Positions 1-11,239 are shown, counted from the stretch's first letter. The stretch: DNA of 64,000 nucleotides from Promethearchaeota archaeon (GCA_019058245.1 JAHPZJ010000019.1:46697-110696), one strand, 5' to 3'. The notes: generated from the sequence alone by a model not told the origin. Made by a program: numbers and translations.

Positions 1-562
1 TTACCTCTCCCGTATCAGGATTAGTCCATTGAACTTGTTTCTCAAACTCACCAGTTTCTTTATTCTTAACCCATCCACACTCTTTTAAAGCATGATCTAA
101 AACACCAACTTCAAAACACCAAAAGTCTATATCATCTGTAAAGCGTTTTCTTCTCCAATCTCTTGAAGTATATTTTCCTAAATATAATTTTAAAGTACCT
201 CGAACTATAGCTTTCTTTCCTTCTTTTAATGCTTTTTTAGCACTATCACAATATGGATTAAGTGAATCTTCGGAACACGTGATAATATGATTTAAAACTT
301 TCCTAGCTTCACCTGCAACGATATCACAAGGAATATTCCCATCCGAAGGATACATTCTAGATCCTCCATCTAAGTATTTTTTAAATAACTTTAATTCATC
401 TTCAGGTATCTTATACCAAGGATTATTAAACATTAACTTACTGAACACATAGTGAGTGAAACCATTTTCATCTAATCTTGTTTTTTCTGGTAAGGGTGAG
501 ACATCTCTTAGATTATCTCCTTTTTGCTGAGTATCAGCTTTAATATCCCAAATTGATGTCAT
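1..562 (-). CDS. Partial CDS running off the window start; putative nucleotidyltransferase-fold protein
   Basis: Manually translated open frame from ATG at 562 (MTSIWDIKAD...), with no stop before position 1. Contains IVRGTLKLYLG...RKRFTDDIDFW, resembling the G-x-A/L...R-x-T-x-D-x-D NTase motif. Absent from the ORF track. Confidence 0.6.
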   Translation of the reverse strand, partial: MTSIWDIKADTQQKGDNLRDVSPLPEKTRLDENGFTHYVFSKLMFNNPWYKIPEDELKLFKKYLDGGSRMYPSDGNIPCDIVAGEARKVLNHIITCSEDSLNPYCDSAKKALKEGKKAIVRGTLKLYLGKYTSRDWRRKRFTDDIDFWCFEVGVLDHALKECGWVKNKETGEFEKQVQWTNPDTGEV

Positions 563-648
563 ACGAGATATTATATTGAATGTTGCTTTTAAAAATTATT
601 AATTTAAAATATAAAATTTATTTTAAATCTAAACCCTATTGATAATAT

Positions 649-1332
649 ATGAACAGTTTTTTTCGCATATTTACTCTCACTCCTTGGGATTCGCTTAATT
701 TAAAAACTCTAACTGAAGTAAAATTATATTCATTGAAAAACATATTTAAAACCTTTCCCGTAATTGAACCTGAGTTTTTCGATGATCTCCTTTCAAATCT
801 GTACAAATTTGATCATTACTCCTTGATTGAAAGCATCAAACGAATTGTTGGTCCTGAGAATGAGGATTATGATATAGAACCATGGAATTTTATATGGGGA
901 ATGGATAATGAAAGAAGAATCTTTCAATTTTTATTTCAAAGAGTTAAAAATGAAATTAAAGGATCTCAAGCAACATTAGTAGCATTAGCTCCTCCAGAAT
1001 TAGGAACATTATTTGCTCAATATAAAAAAGAAGCACTCCATAGGACTTTATCTCTTCTAAATAATCCAAAAAACATGAAATTTTTGCTAGTTTTATCACC
1101 TAAAGGAAAATCTGTTGCCGAAAAGCAGCAATTGCTTCATATAAGTAAGAAAGAATTAGAAAAATTTAAATTTAAAGAAAAGCTCAAACAAATGCCAAAT
1201 ATTAAAGGAGAGTGGGTTGTAACTCGTTCCCCAAGGTGTTCCAACTGCGGAAAAGAATTTCCAGAGATAAAGGCTTTGAACGTGTGGTCTTTTAAATTTA
1301 AATGTCCATATTGCGGACATCAGAATAAATAA
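649..1332 (+). CDS. Hypothetical protein with C-terminal zinc ribbon
   Basis: 227-aa ORF; CSNCG...CPYCG at the C-terminus. Confidence 0.7.
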   Translation: MNSFFRIFTLTPWDSLNLKTLTEVKLYSLKNIFKTFPVIEPEFFDDLLSNLYKFDHYSLIESIKRIVGPENEDYDIEPWNFIWGMDNERRIFQFLFQRVKNEIKGSQATLVALAPPELGTLFAQYKKEALHRTLSLLNNPKNMKFLLVLSPKGKSVAEKQQLLHISKKELEKFKFKEKLKQMPNIKGEWVVTRSPRCSNCGKEFPEIKALNVWSFKFKCPYCGHQNK

Positions 1333-1430
1333 AAATACTTATTTTTCAGATAAAAAATTAAAAATAATTTTTATTGAATCGTACGATATATAATTTATTA
1401 AAAAAAAATATAATTGGAGCTAAATTAGAA

Positions 1431-2966
1431 ATGTTTGTAGCTGCTTTAGATTTAGGAACAACCGGATGTAGAACTTTTATTTTTGATTTAGCAGGTACGA
1501 TTATTGCTAGTGATTATCAAGAATGGCGGAGTTTTTATCCATCACCCTCATTTGTTGAACAAGATGCCAATGCGTGGTGGGAATCTATTAAAACAACAAT
1601 TGAAAAGGCAATAAAAAAAAGTGGAATTGATAAAACTGAGATTGTAAGTCTTTCGGTAACAAATCAGAGGGAAACAATTGTTCCTGTAGATAAAGATGGT
1701 AATCCGCTTCATAATGCTTTAGTATGGCAGGATAGAAGGACAGTAAATCAGGTGGAATATATTAAAGCTAAAATTGGGATTGATAAGATTTATAAAACAA
1801 CAGGATTAACAATTGATCCATATTTTTCAGCCACAAAAATACTTTGGTTTAAAGATAAGAAACCTGAAATCTATCAAAAAACTCATAAATTCTTACTTGT
1901 CTCGGATTTCATTATTTATAAATTAACAGGGAAATTCTGTACAGATTACTCAAATGCCTCAAGAACAATGCTATTTGATATTAATAACTTAAAATATTCT
2001 GAAGAAATTGCATCGGAAATGGAGATAGACTTAGATAAAATGCCAGACACATTTGAAAGCGGAGTTGATATTGGAGAAATTGTTACCGAAGAAACTTTAT
2101 TTGATAAAAAAACATTAGTAGTAACTGGTGCAGGAGATCAACAATCAGCCGCTTTGGGAGTAGGAGTAGTATCTCCCGGTGAAATTAAATGCACAACTGG
2201 AACTGGTAGTTTTATTCTAGCTTATTTAAAACAACCCAAATTTGATCCCGAGAAACGTGTCTTATGTAGTTGTCATGCAGTTCCTGGTGCATGGATTCAA
2301 GAAGCTAGTATTTTTACGACTGGAGCAGTACTTAGATGGTTTCGAGATGAATTAGGACTAGCAGAGTGTCAAGCTGCTCAAGAAGGCCAAGATCCTTATG
2401 AAATAATTTCCTCTGAGGCAGAAAATTCGTCAATTGGAGCAAATGGAATACTTCTCATACCCCATTTCGTTGGAGCTGGAGCTCCTCATTGGAATCCGTT
2501 TGCAAAAGGCTTAGTGTTTGGTTTATCTTTAGGCCATGAAAGAAAAGATCTATATAGGGCAGTACTCGAGGGTGTAGCCTATGAAATTAGAAAAAACATC
2601 GAAGTTTTTAAAAATCTAGGGATTGAACCAAAAGAATTAATGTTAACAGGGGGAGGATCTCGATCTGATTTTTGGAATCAGATTTATGCTGATGTACTCG
2701 GTATTACATGTGTTCGAAATATCATAGAAGAATCAACTTCATTAGGTGCTGCGATTTTAGCTGCATCGGGAGCTGGGCTTTTTCCAGATATTGCAAAAGC
2801 CGCTGAAAATTTATGTAAAGTCGATAAAAAGTGGCTTCCTAATGATAATCGACATAAACAATATGAGAAATTCTATAATTTGTCTTATGAAATTTATAAT
2901 ATCTTGAATAGTAAAAGTATATACAAGAAATTCAATGATCTTACTTTACCTAAAGACTCTGAATAA
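1431..2966 (+). CDS. FGGY-family carbohydrate kinase (xylulokinase/glycerol kinase-like)
   Basis: ALDLGTTGCR, TNQRET, WQDRR, GAGDQQ, TGTG, GGGSRS motifs. ATG at 1431 preferred over the TTG at 1374. Confidence 0.9.
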   Translation: MFVAALDLGTTGCRTFIFDLAGTIIASDYQEWRSFYPSPSFVEQDANAWWESIKTTIEKAIKKSGIDKTEIVSLSVTNQRETIVPVDKDGNPLHNALVWQDRRTVNQVEYIKAKIGIDKIYKTTGLTIDPYFSATKILWFKDKKPEIYQKTHKFLLVSDFIIYKLTGKFCTDYSNASRTMLFDINNLKYSEEIASEMEIDLDKMPDTFESGVDIGEIVTEETLFDKKTLVVTGAGDQQSAALGVGVVSPGEIKCTTGTGSFILAYLKQPKFDPEKRVLCSCHAVPGAWIQEASIFTTGAVLRWFRDELGLAECQAAQEGQDPYEIISSEAENSSIGANGILLIPHFVGAGAPHWNPFAKGLVFGLSLGHERKDLYRAVLEGVAYEIRKNIEVFKNLGIEPKELMLTGGGSRSDFWNQIYADVLGITCVRNIIEESTSLGAAILAASGAGLFPDIAKAAENLCKVDKKWLPNDNRHKQYEKFYNLSYEIYNILNSKSIYKKFNDLTLPKDSE

Positions 2967-3134
2967 AAATTAGAATTTATATCATAATACTCAATTTTAT
3001 ATATTTTAAATGTTATTTTTTCTATAATCAAAATTACTCGGTATTATATAGAGCAAATTTCTTTTTATAATGCTGAAACCAGTTGAGTAGAAAAAGAAAT
3101 AGTACAAATCGACACTATAAAAAAAAAATAAAAT

Positions 3135-3752
3135 GTGAAAAAAATGGAAAATAATTCTACAAGTATTGTAAAAGAGTATAGTAAAAACCAAAGAATAGTA
3201 GCTTTAGTATTTTATATCCTAATTGTTAGTGCGAGTTTAATTACTATTTTAGGAGTTATATGGACTCTAGCGGACATATTTATCGGAACTACTGGTAAAT
3301 TTGAGCAATTTATATCTCTAAACTTAGGATATCAAATAGCTATTATTGGTGGACTTTTGGCAGGATTATTTTTTATATTAATTTTCTTTTTTGGGTTATT
3401 TAAAAGAACTTCGAAATCATTGATTAATTTTATTTATAAAAAAAGAGAGCTTGAGGAAAAATACAAAAATCGTATTGATGTCAAAATTGCGGTAGCAGGA
3501 TTATTAGTAAGTCTAATAGGTATCATAATTGGTTTAATATTTGCAATTATTCTTGAGATTTTGAGTTTTTCCACTGGAGAATCTTCCAGCCTTCTAACTA
3601 TTTTTGGTAGTACAGGACCTTGGGTTTTATTCATTGGTGCGGGAATATTTTTATGTATTGGGATTGCTCTTTTTATGATTTACTTCTGGAAGAATGGAAA
3701 ATTTACTATTTTGAGACTTATTGGAGCTATTGAGAAGGAAAGTAAAGATTGA
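3135..3752 (+). CDS. Membrane protein (about 4 TM helices)
   Basis: Four hydrophobic segments; alternative ATG at 3144. Confidence 0.75.
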   Translation: MKKMENNSTSIVKEYSKNQRIVALVFYILIVSASLITILGVIWTLADIFIGTTGKFEQFISLNLGYQIAIIGGLLAGLFFILIFFFGLFKRTSKSLINFIYKKRELEEKYKNRIDVKIAVAGLLVSLIGIIIGLIFAIILEILSFSTGESSSLLTIFGSTGPWVLFIGAGIFLCIGIALFMIYFWKNGKFTILRLIGAIEKESKD

Positions 3753-3898
3753 GTGCCAAAAAAAGCTAGATAAGAAAAATATCCATTAATTATAATTAAA
3801 TCAGAAATTTTTTGCTCTTATATTTTTTTTATTTTATATTATCATCAAATTAATTTAATGTAAAAATTTACTCAATTTATCTATGCCGATTTGATTTT

Positions 3899-5425
3899 AT
3901 GGCAATTAAAGTTGGAACTGTATTTAATTACTTACAATTACCTAATGTATCTAAATTTGCATTTGTTATTAATAAAAGACAAGATGGTACCCTTATACAA
4001 AAAGGATTATTTGTCTATACAAATTCGAGTGAAGGATTCTTAATTGGAACGATTGAAGAGATTGTCTTATTGAATGAGTATTTTGCTGATGCTCTTACAA
4101 TCAAAGCGTTTAACAATAATAATAATCCTAACATCCTTAAAGGTCTTTTTCCCAGTGATGATTTTGAATTTGCAATTGCGATAGTGAAATGCCTAGGGCT
4201 GATAATATTTAAGGATAAAGACAATCAAGAAATTGTAAGAGTTCAACGAATGAGTTATCCTGCGAGTCCAGGAAAAGAAGTATATATGGTAGAGGAAGAA
4301 GTTCTTAATAAGTTCTTAGGATTCGATAGTAAAGCTGGTTTAAATTTAGGACGAGTGAAGGTAACAAATTCTGAAGCACTAGTCAATATGAATAGATTGC
4401 TAAATAAGCATTTTGCTATTCTTTCAATCTCAGGAGGTGGTAAGAGTTACCTTACATCAGTACTTATCGAAGAATTACTGATAAGAAATAAGGATTTTGG
4501 AACACCTTCCATAATTTTATTTGATGTACATGGAGAATATTTGTATTTAAAAGATATTCCTAAGTTTAAAGACAGAGTGAAAATTCAAGATATCTCATAC
4601 TTTCAAATAGGAGTACCTAAATTATCCGCCTATTCTTTCAAAAAATATCAAGAACAAATTTCATCAGTTCAATTAAGAGAACTCTCTAAATATATAAAAA
4701 AATTGAGGAAAGAAAAACAAAAGAAAAATCAATATTCTTTAACTGATATAATTAAAGTTGTTGAAGAAGAAACTGATGGAAACAAGAGTACAAAACAAGC
4801 ATTAATAGGGTGGCTCTCAGAATTGGAACGATTGACTCTCTTTGGATCTCAGGAGAATCCTTCATTAGATAAAGTAGTGAATAATCAAGAAATCACTATT
4901 TTTAACTTTCAGAAAGAAGTGAGTATTAGAAAAAAGCAAATTATTGTTGATTATATTTGCAACCGTCTATTTAATCTCCGAAGAAATGACAATATAGCCC
5001 CATTTTTGCTCGTTGTAGAAGAGGCTCATCAATTCTGCCCAGAGGCAGCCCATTCCAAAGCCATCTCCAAACCTATTATAGAAATGCTTGCTCGAGAGGG
5101 AAGAAAATTTATGGCATGCTTATGTTTAATTAGTCAGAGACCAAAAAAGTTGAGTACAACTGCATTATCTCAATGCAATTCAAAATTAGTATTAAGTATT
5201 AAAAATCCATATGATTTAAAACATCTAATGGATAGTTCAGAAGCGATAACTAAAGAATACGCTAATATAATTTCAAGCTTGGGCGTTGGAGAAATGTTGT
5301 TGATGGGAAATGCAGTAAATTATCCTGTGTTCATTGATGTGAGAAAGAGAAAATTTAAATTAAGGGATGAAGCGAAATCTTTAGCCCAATTCTGTTTAGA
5401 TTGGCAAAAAAAAGAATTAATATAA
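3899..5425 (+). CDS. herA: HerA/FtsK-family ATPase (HAS-barrel + DUF87)
   Basis: HFAILSISGGGKS Walker A, FDVHGEY, VVEEAH Walker B, AREGRKF arginine finger, SQRP. Confidence 0.85.
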   Translation: MAIKVGTVFNYLQLPNVSKFAFVINKRQDGTLIQKGLFVYTNSSEGFLIGTIEEIVLLNEYFADALTIKAFNNNNNPNILKGLFPSDDFEFAIAIVKCLGLIIFKDKDNQEIVRVQRMSYPASPGKEVYMVEEEVLNKFLGFDSKAGLNLGRVKVTNSEALVNMNRLLNKHFAILSISGGGKSYLTSVLIEELLIRNKDFGTPSIILFDVHGEYLYLKDIPKFKDRVKIQDISYFQIGVPKLSAYSFKKYQEQISSVQLRELSKYIKKLRKEKQKKNQYSLTDIIKVVEEETDGNKSTKQALIGWLSELERLTLFGSQENPSLDKVVNNQEITIFNFQKEVSIRKKQIIVDYICNRLFNLRRNDNIAPFLLVVEEAHQFCPEAAHSKAISKPIIEMLAREGRKFMACLCLISQRPKKLSTTALSQCNSKLVLSIKNPYDLKHLMDSSEAITKEYANIISSLGVGEMLLMGNAVNYPVFIDVRKRKFKLRDEAKSLAQFCLDWQKKELI

Positions 5426-5656
5426 ATCTGTAACTAAACCTTCTCTTAGAGCTTGATTATTTTTATTAAGAACAATCATGTTCTTGTTTTTTGAAACACG
5501 AAATACATTAATTATTGCCATACTCTCCAACTTCATAAATAATTCTTCTAAAATTAATGAATTTACAAAAGGAAATTCTTTTTTGAGAAGTTCCTCCAAT
5601 CTTTTATCCAATATTTCTCCTTTATTTTTGATTAAAATATCGATTATAGAATTCAT
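5417..5656 (-). CDS. Small putative winged-helix protein downstream of cdc48
   Basis: 79 aa; helical part followed by LMKLE-like segment (FMKLESMAIINV) and a beta-hairpin wing; same strand as cdc48. Confidence 0.6.
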   Translation of the reverse strand: MNSIIDILIKNKGEILDKRLEELLKKEFPFVNSLILEELFMKLESMAIINVFRVSKNKNMIVLNKNNQALREGLVTDLY

Positions 5657-5774
5657 TACTGGTTTTTGATTCCAACGATGAGATTCGATTTTATGTCACC
5701 TATTATAATACATATAAAAATAGAATACAATAATGAAGAATATCTTTTTTCTAATTAATTTTTGCTATTTTATT

Positions 5775-8006
5775 TTATACAAATAATCTATCTTCTTTAG
5801 ATTCTTCAATTCTTCGACTCTTAAGTTTATCACCAAATTCCTCATACCATTGGATTACTTCTTTAGTTAAAGTGGGATTCAATGATTTTCTTGCTTCATT
5901 AAAATGCTCTAATGATACTACTCTCGCCCTTATATTTTCTCTTAAAGCAATCATAGCCGCCTCTCGACACCAAGTTTCAATATCTGCCCCAGAAAAACCC
6001 TGAATTGTATCATTTAACTCTTCTAAATTTATGTTACTTGCCAAAGGCATTTCTTTTGTAAATATTTTTAAAATTTCAAGTCTTCCTTTTTCTTCCGGTA
6101 CAGGGACCAATAATATCCGATCAATTCTACCAGGTCTTATTAATGCGGGATCTAAGATATCGGGACGATTTGTTGCCGCGATTACAACAATATCTTTCAT
6201 AATTTCTAAACCGTCTAACTCTGTTAAAAATTGAGATAACACTTTTTCTGTTACTCCGGAATCAGATGTATGTCTGCCTCTACTTGGAGCAATCGAATCA
6301 AATTCATCAAAAAAGATAATACAAGGAGATGCCATTTTTGCTTTGCGAAATACTTCTCTTATTGCTTTTTCAGATTCACCGACCCATTTTGATAAGAGTT
6401 CTGGCCCTTTAATTGATATAAAATTTGCTTTACTTTCAGTTGCTACAGCTCTTGCTAATAGTGTTTTACCACAACCAGGAGGACCATAAAGTAGAATTCC
6501 TTTTGGAGGAGTAATTCCCATACGACTAAAGATATTTGGATGTGATATTGGCCATTCAACTGCTTCTATTAACTTTTGTTTTAAGTCATCAAGTCCACCC
6601 ACTCTTTCCCATGGAACATTAGGAACTTCCACAAAGACTTCTCTTATTCCAGAAGGTAAAACTTCTTTTAACGCTTCTTCAAAATCATCTTTGGTCACTT
6701 CAATTTGTTCCAATAATTCTGGGTCAATTATTTCTGATTCCAAGTCAATTTTAGGTAAATAACGTCGTAAAGCAGACATGGCAGCTTCTCGACACACGGC
6801 AGAAATATCAGCCCCTACAAAACCATGAGTTATTTGAGAAAATTCTTTCAATGATATTTTCTTATCAAGGGGCATGTTTCGAGTATGAATCTGAAATATT
6901 TCTCTTCTGCCTTTTTCATTTGGTACTTTTATTTCTATTTCACGATCAAATCTTCCAGGACGTCTTAAAGCTTCATCTAAGCTATTAGGTCTATTGGTTG
7001 CCCCAATTACAATTACTTTACCCCTCCCATGCAATCCATCCATTAATGCTAATAATTGAGCAACAACTCTCCGTTCAACTTCTCCAGTTACAGTTTCTCT
7101 TTTTGGGGCAATAGCATCAATCTCATCTATAAATATAATAGCAGGACTTTTTTCTTCTGCTTCAATGAAAATTTTTCTCAATTTTTTTTCTGATTCTCCA
7201 TAAAACTTACTCATAATTTCTGGACCATTTATTGAAATGAAATGTGCTTCACTTTCATTTGCTACAGCTTTTGCTAATAGAGTCTTCCCACATCCAGGTG
7301 GACCTCTTAATAGAACTCCTTTTGGAGGGTCAATGCCTAAACGTTTAAATAGAGAAGGATGTCTAAGTGGTAATTCTACCATTTCTCTTACTCTCTGAAT
7401 CTCTTTATCTAATCCACCAACATCTTCATATGAGATGTATTTAATCCCTGTATCGACCTCCTCTGTGATCCTTTCGCTAATATTGAGTAAGGTGTCTGGT
7501 TTTATGATACAAACCCCACTAGGTCTTATATTTATTACTTTAAATGTTATTTCTCGACTAATGCCAATTGATATGAAGATAAAATCATCAAGCGTTACTG
7601 GATAATTATTTAATTTTCTTTTTACAAAACTTTCAAATCTAGGATTATTTTTAATAGGAAAATTTGACGGCGCCAATACGATATTTTGAGCGACTACAGC
7701 ATTCACTTTTCTTATTTCAATAGTATCATCGATTCTAGTTCCTGTATTTTTTTGCAGTCTAGAATCCACTCGTACAATCCCTAATCCATTATCTTGTGGA
7801 TAACTTGGCCATGCAATCCCAGCACTCTCTTTTTTACCATTGACTGCAATAACATCCCCAGTCTGAATTTTAAGCTTTTCCATTGTTTTAGGATCAATTC
7901 TAACAATATTACGCCCAATGTCTCTTTTTTTAGCCTTTTGTACTCTTAAATTCACACTAGGGCTATCATCATCCTTATCCTTCTCAGTATTACCTTTCGA
8001 TGACAT
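5775..8006 (-). CDS. cdc48: CDC48/VCP/p97 AAA+ ATPase
   Basis: N-domain plus two AAA modules (GPPGCGKT twice, IDEID/FDEFD, RRPGRFD/IRPGRID). Confidence 0.97.
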   Translation of the reverse strand: MSSKGNTEKDKDDDSPSVNLRVQKAKKRDIGRNIVRIDPKTMEKLKIQTGDVIAVNGKKESAGIAWPSYPQDNGLGIVRVDSRLQKNTGTRIDDTIEIRKVNAVVAQNIVLAPSNFPIKNNPRFESFVKRKLNNYPVTLDDFIFISIGISREITFKVINIRPSGVCIIKPDTLLNISERITEEVDTGIKYISYEDVGGLDKEIQRVREMVELPLRHPSLFKRLGIDPPKGVLLRGPPGCGKTLLAKAVANESEAHFISINGPEIMSKFYGESEKKLRKIFIEAEEKSPAIIFIDEIDAIAPKRETVTGEVERRVVAQLLALMDGLHGRGKVIVIGATNRPNSLDEALRRPGRFDREIEIKVPNEKGRREIFQIHTRNMPLDKKISLKEFSQITHGFVGADISAVCREAAMSALRRYLPKIDLESEIIDPELLEQIEVTKDDFEEALKEVLPSGIREVFVEVPNVPWERVGGLDDLKQKLIEAVEWPISHPNIFSRMGITPPKGILLYGPPGCGKTLLARAVATESKANFISIKGPELLSKWVGESEKAIREVFRKAKMASPCIIFFDEFDSIAPSRGRHTSDSGVTEKVLSQFLTELDGLEIMKDIVVIAATNRPDILDPALIRPGRIDRILLVPVPEEKGRLEILKIFTKEMPLASNINLEELNDTIQGFSGADIETWCREAAMIALRENIRARVVSLEHFNEARKSLNPTLTKEVIQWYEEFGDKLKSRRIEESKEDRLFV

Positions 8007-8101
8007 AATAAATTGACTCTAATTTTATTATTTTAGTATACTATTAAGTAATCTTAATTTCGTAAAAATTTTTCCTTTTTTTTTTATAAGATATCATAAC
8101 T

Positions 8102-9151
8102 TTATTTAATAAAATCATCCAAGGAGACTTGAACTTTAACATCATTTATTTTTCTAAGTCTATCTAATGCATTATTAACTCTTTGTTTTGAAAAATTATG
8201 TTCTTCTATAAGTAATTCTTCCAATTTTTCAAACTCGACTTTCTTTGGTTTTGGAACCTTGTAATCTTTTTTTACATCTGGTTGAAGAAAAATTTTTCTG
8301 ATTTGAGCTATTATTTCTGAATCTATAAAGATCTCCTTTTCCCCAACTTTTATTTCGCTTTTTAATATATTTTCTATAGAATCATATTTTTTAATTAACT
8401 CTAATGCAGTTTTTTGACCAATGCCTTTAATACCTGGAAAAAAATCGGTTCCAATTAATATTCCCATATCGATCAATTGCTCCCGAGAAATTCCGAGATT
8501 ACTCAAAAATTTAGCTAAAGAAACATATTCAATATCTAAAGTAACTGTTGTATCTTTTACCTTTTTACTTCGACTTATAGCAAAATTTCGAATCAACCGT
8601 TCTCCGCCAAATAATAATGTATCATAATCTTGAGAAGCACAAGCCCAAGCATCACCATTCTCAACTAAATATGCTGATTGGGCTTCTCCTTCCGAACTAG
8701 CTTGAATAATAGGAATTCCCATATAATCTATCAATTTCTTGCTTTCCTCTATCATCCCTGTGTCAAGTTTAGAAGTTAACTGAGCATATTTTTTAGCTTC
8801 TTTAAAATCTTCAGCATCCTGGGCGGTAATCATTTTTTGTTTAGCTTCTTCTTTAATCCTTTTCCTCTCTCTTACAGTTTCTAATTTCAGTTCGGAGGAA
8901 ATTCCATCGAAGACATAAATGGGATTAATATTATTCTCTAAGAAATTAATTGATCTGTAAAAAAGACCAGAAAGATGTGATGTAATATTTCCCTGATAAT
9001 CCTTTAAAGGGGTTCCATCTCTCTGTCTTATTATTGCTAGAAATTGATAAATGGTGTTAAACGCATCGATTGCTATTTTTTTTTTAAAGAGATTTTCAAA
9101 TGTAATGACTCTTTTAACTTCATTTACCAATTCGTTTATCTTTACGCCCAT
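8102..9151 (-). CDS. fen: Flap endonuclease 1
   Basis: MGV start at 9151, IDAFNTIYQFL, SEGEAQ, SQDYD, GTDF; C-terminal PIP box QVSLDDF. Confidence 0.96.
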   Translation of the reverse strand: MGVKINELVNEVKRVITFENLFKKKIAIDAFNTIYQFLAIIRQRDGTPLKDYQGNITSHLSGLFYRSINFLENNINPIYVFDGISSELKLETVRERKRIKEEAKQKMITAQDAEDFKEAKKYAQLTSKLDTGMIEESKKLIDYMGIPIIQASSEGEAQSAYLVENGDAWACASQDYDTLLFGGERLIRNFAISRSKKVKDTTVTLDIEYVSLAKFLSNLGISREQLIDMGILIGTDFFPGIKGIGQKTALELIKKYDSIENILKSEIKVGEKEIFIDSEIIAQIRKIFLQPDVKKDYKVPKPKKVEFEKLEELLIEEHNFSKQRVNNALDRLRKINDVKVQVSLDDFIK

Positions 9152-9230
9152 ATCTAATTTATTCCCTGTTTTCTTCTTCTTCAATAAATAATTATTTAAC
9201 TACTTATATAATTTCCACAAATATATCATC

Positions 9231-9767
9231 CTATTTTTTTGGTCGTCTTTTTAATTTTGATCCACAAATTTCACATAATCGATTTAAATCTTCGACATTA
9301 TGAATTTTCCCACATTGTGGGCAATAAACCTGCCAGGTTATCTTAGATTCAATCCCTTCTTTATATAAAGGTAAAAAAGGAACACTTAATTCAGAGCACA
9401 CATTTTCAATAGAATAATCATTAGAAAACATGGTAACTTTTCTATTGAATTTTCGAGTTAATTCTAAAGTCAACGCTATTAATTCTTTATCAGCTTTCGA
9501 AAGAGCCTTAAAATCTCCTGTTTTTTTTGATACAATAATTATCTTTTCTATATATTTATTTTCAGGATGTTTAACCCTTAGCTTATTAGTTTCAATCGCA
9601 GCATTGATTTTATTTAATATATTTCTATTTTTTTCTCTATATCTATGATCTCTTATTTCATCAATTATAGAAGGTGTAGTATAAGCAATTCCTTTAAATA
9701 AACTAAAATCTATTCCAGTTAGAAAAATATTAGCGTCAAGAATATAAATATCATCTTTTTTTTTCAT
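9231..9767 (-). CDS. nob1: Nob1-family PIN endonuclease with zinc ribbon
   Basis: ILDANIF, TGD..LS.AD, SNDYSIENV, CPQC...CEICGS. Confidence 0.9.
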   Translation of the reverse strand: MKKKDDIYILDANIFLTGIDFSLFKGIAYTTPSIIDEIRDHRYREKNRNILNKINAAIETNKLRVKHPENKYIEKIIIVSKKTGDFKALSKADKELIALTLELTRKFNRKVTMFSNDYSIENVCSELSVPFLPLYKEGIESKITWQVYCPQCGKIHNVEDLNRLCEICGSKLKRRPKK

Positions 9768-9827
9768 ATCACTATTCTTAGGTGATGTAATTTGGGAAAG
9801 GTTATTAAAAAATTAAATTTTGTAAAA

Positions 9828-10727
9828 TTACAATTCAGGAGAATCATCAATAGGTACTCTTCTTATTGTACTAATAATTTTCTTTCTCAATCGAGTATAA
9901 TAACTTCCTTCAAACCGAATAAATTTATTTTGAGATTTTGCTTTACATATTTTAATTTTAGTATTAGGAGCAATTCTTTTAATGATTTGTTGACCATCTA
10001 TAACAATTTTACCATCTAATCTGGGCCTCAAAATTCGAATCTCGATTTCAGATTCAAGAGGTACTATTATTGGTTTTAAACCCGATCCTGCATAACTGTT
10101 TAGTGGCGTGATTTGCATAGAATCCATAGTGGGATTTATAATCGCCCCACCTGCACTTAAATTATATGCTGTGGATCCTGTAGGAGTAGATATAATTATT
10201 CCATCTAAATAACTACGATTTAAAAATATTCCATCAATTCTAATAGACATTTGCATAACTTTAGAGCTTTTTGAAGATACAATTAGTATTTCATTTAAAG
10301 CATTAGTTAACTTAATATCACCAGAATCCTTCACGATATAGGCTGCTATTTTTGAACATACTTCTATTGAATATTCTCCGTTTAATACCCTAGATAAGTC
10401 TTTGAAGATTAATCTTCCAGTAGATTCATCCAAGAATCCGATAGAACCAACATTTACACCTAGAATTGGCGGAGGGTCTTGTTGAGATAAACTACTTGCC
10501 ACTCTTAAAATTGAACCGTCTCCTCCAACAATTACTATGAATTTTATTTTCTCTGCCGTCATTTCTCCTAAATCCATACCATTATGAGGTAGAATCTTTG
10601 GAGCAATTCTAGTTTCAAGATATACTACTTCCCCTTTTTGAACTAAGTACTCAAATATCCTTCTCGTTAATTTAATAGCTCTTTCTGAATCCAACCTACA
10701 AGCTAAAGCAATTGGTTTTTTCTCCAT
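9828..10727 (-). CDS. nadK: NAD(+) kinase
   Basis: GGDGS, GVNVGSIGFL, LNE, DGIIISTPTGSTAYNLSAGG. Confidence 0.95.
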   Translation of the reverse strand: MEKKPIALACRLDSERAIKLTRRIFEYLVQKGEVVYLETRIAPKILPHNGMDLGEMTAEKIKFIVIVGGDGSILRVASSLSQQDPPPILGVNVGSIGFLDESTGRLIFKDLSRVLNGEYSIEVCSKIAAYIVKDSGDIKLTNALNEILIVSSKSSKVMQMSIRIDGIFLNRSYLDGIIISTPTGSTAYNLSAGGAIINPTMDSMQITPLNSYAGSGLKPIIVPLESEIEIRILRPRLDGKIVIDGQQIIKRIAPNTKIKICKAKSQNKFIRFEGSYYTRLRKKIISTIRRVPIDDSPEL

Positions 10728-10803
10728 AGCCCTTGAACATTCTTTTTAAGTACTTCAAAAAAAAAATTGGATAATTTAATTTATGAAAAGATTTAAAACT
10801 AAA

Positions 10804-11232
10804 TTAATTACTGAAAACTCTATTTATAAGGGTTTTTCCTGCCATTTGCCAATATTCTACTTGAGTTGTTGAGATCTTACTAGGCTCTTCTTGAAGCACC
10901 TTTAATTTTTTTTTAAGATCCTCATCCTGTGGCCAATCAACATCAAATGATTCATATGATTCCAAATCCATAATATTGATGGATGCATCCTCAATAAAAT
11001 TAATTTGGGCATTTCCTTTTATAATTTCAGGAGTATCAACGACATGTCCCGATGGAATAGTAAGACTCCTTTTGTTGTTATCGAACATTCCAACACATAC
11101 GACTCTTACTTTAGCGTGACCATGTTTCCCGCTTTTTGAACGCTCAGTACTCTTAATGATACATGGCTCTTCATCAACCATAATGTATTGTCCTGCTTTT
11201 AACTTTTGAATCTCAGTTCTTCTTATTGAAAT
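10804..11232 (-). CDS. eif5a: Translation factor aIF5A/eIF5A; start probably ATT at 11232
   Basis: Hypusine motif KSGKHGHAK. The frame extends upstream of the ATG at 11181 with the conserved N-terminus (I)SIRRTEIQKLKAGQYI, up to a TAA at 11245-11247. Confidence 0.92.
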   Translation of the reverse strand: MSIRRTEIQKLKAGQYIMVDEEPCIIKSTERSKSGKHGHAKVRVVCVGMFDNNKRSLTIPSGHVVDTPEIIKGNAQINFIEDASINIMDLESYESFDVDWPQDEDLKKKLKVLQEEPSKISTTQVEYWQMAGKTLINRVFSN

Positions 11233-11239
11233 GATTTTA

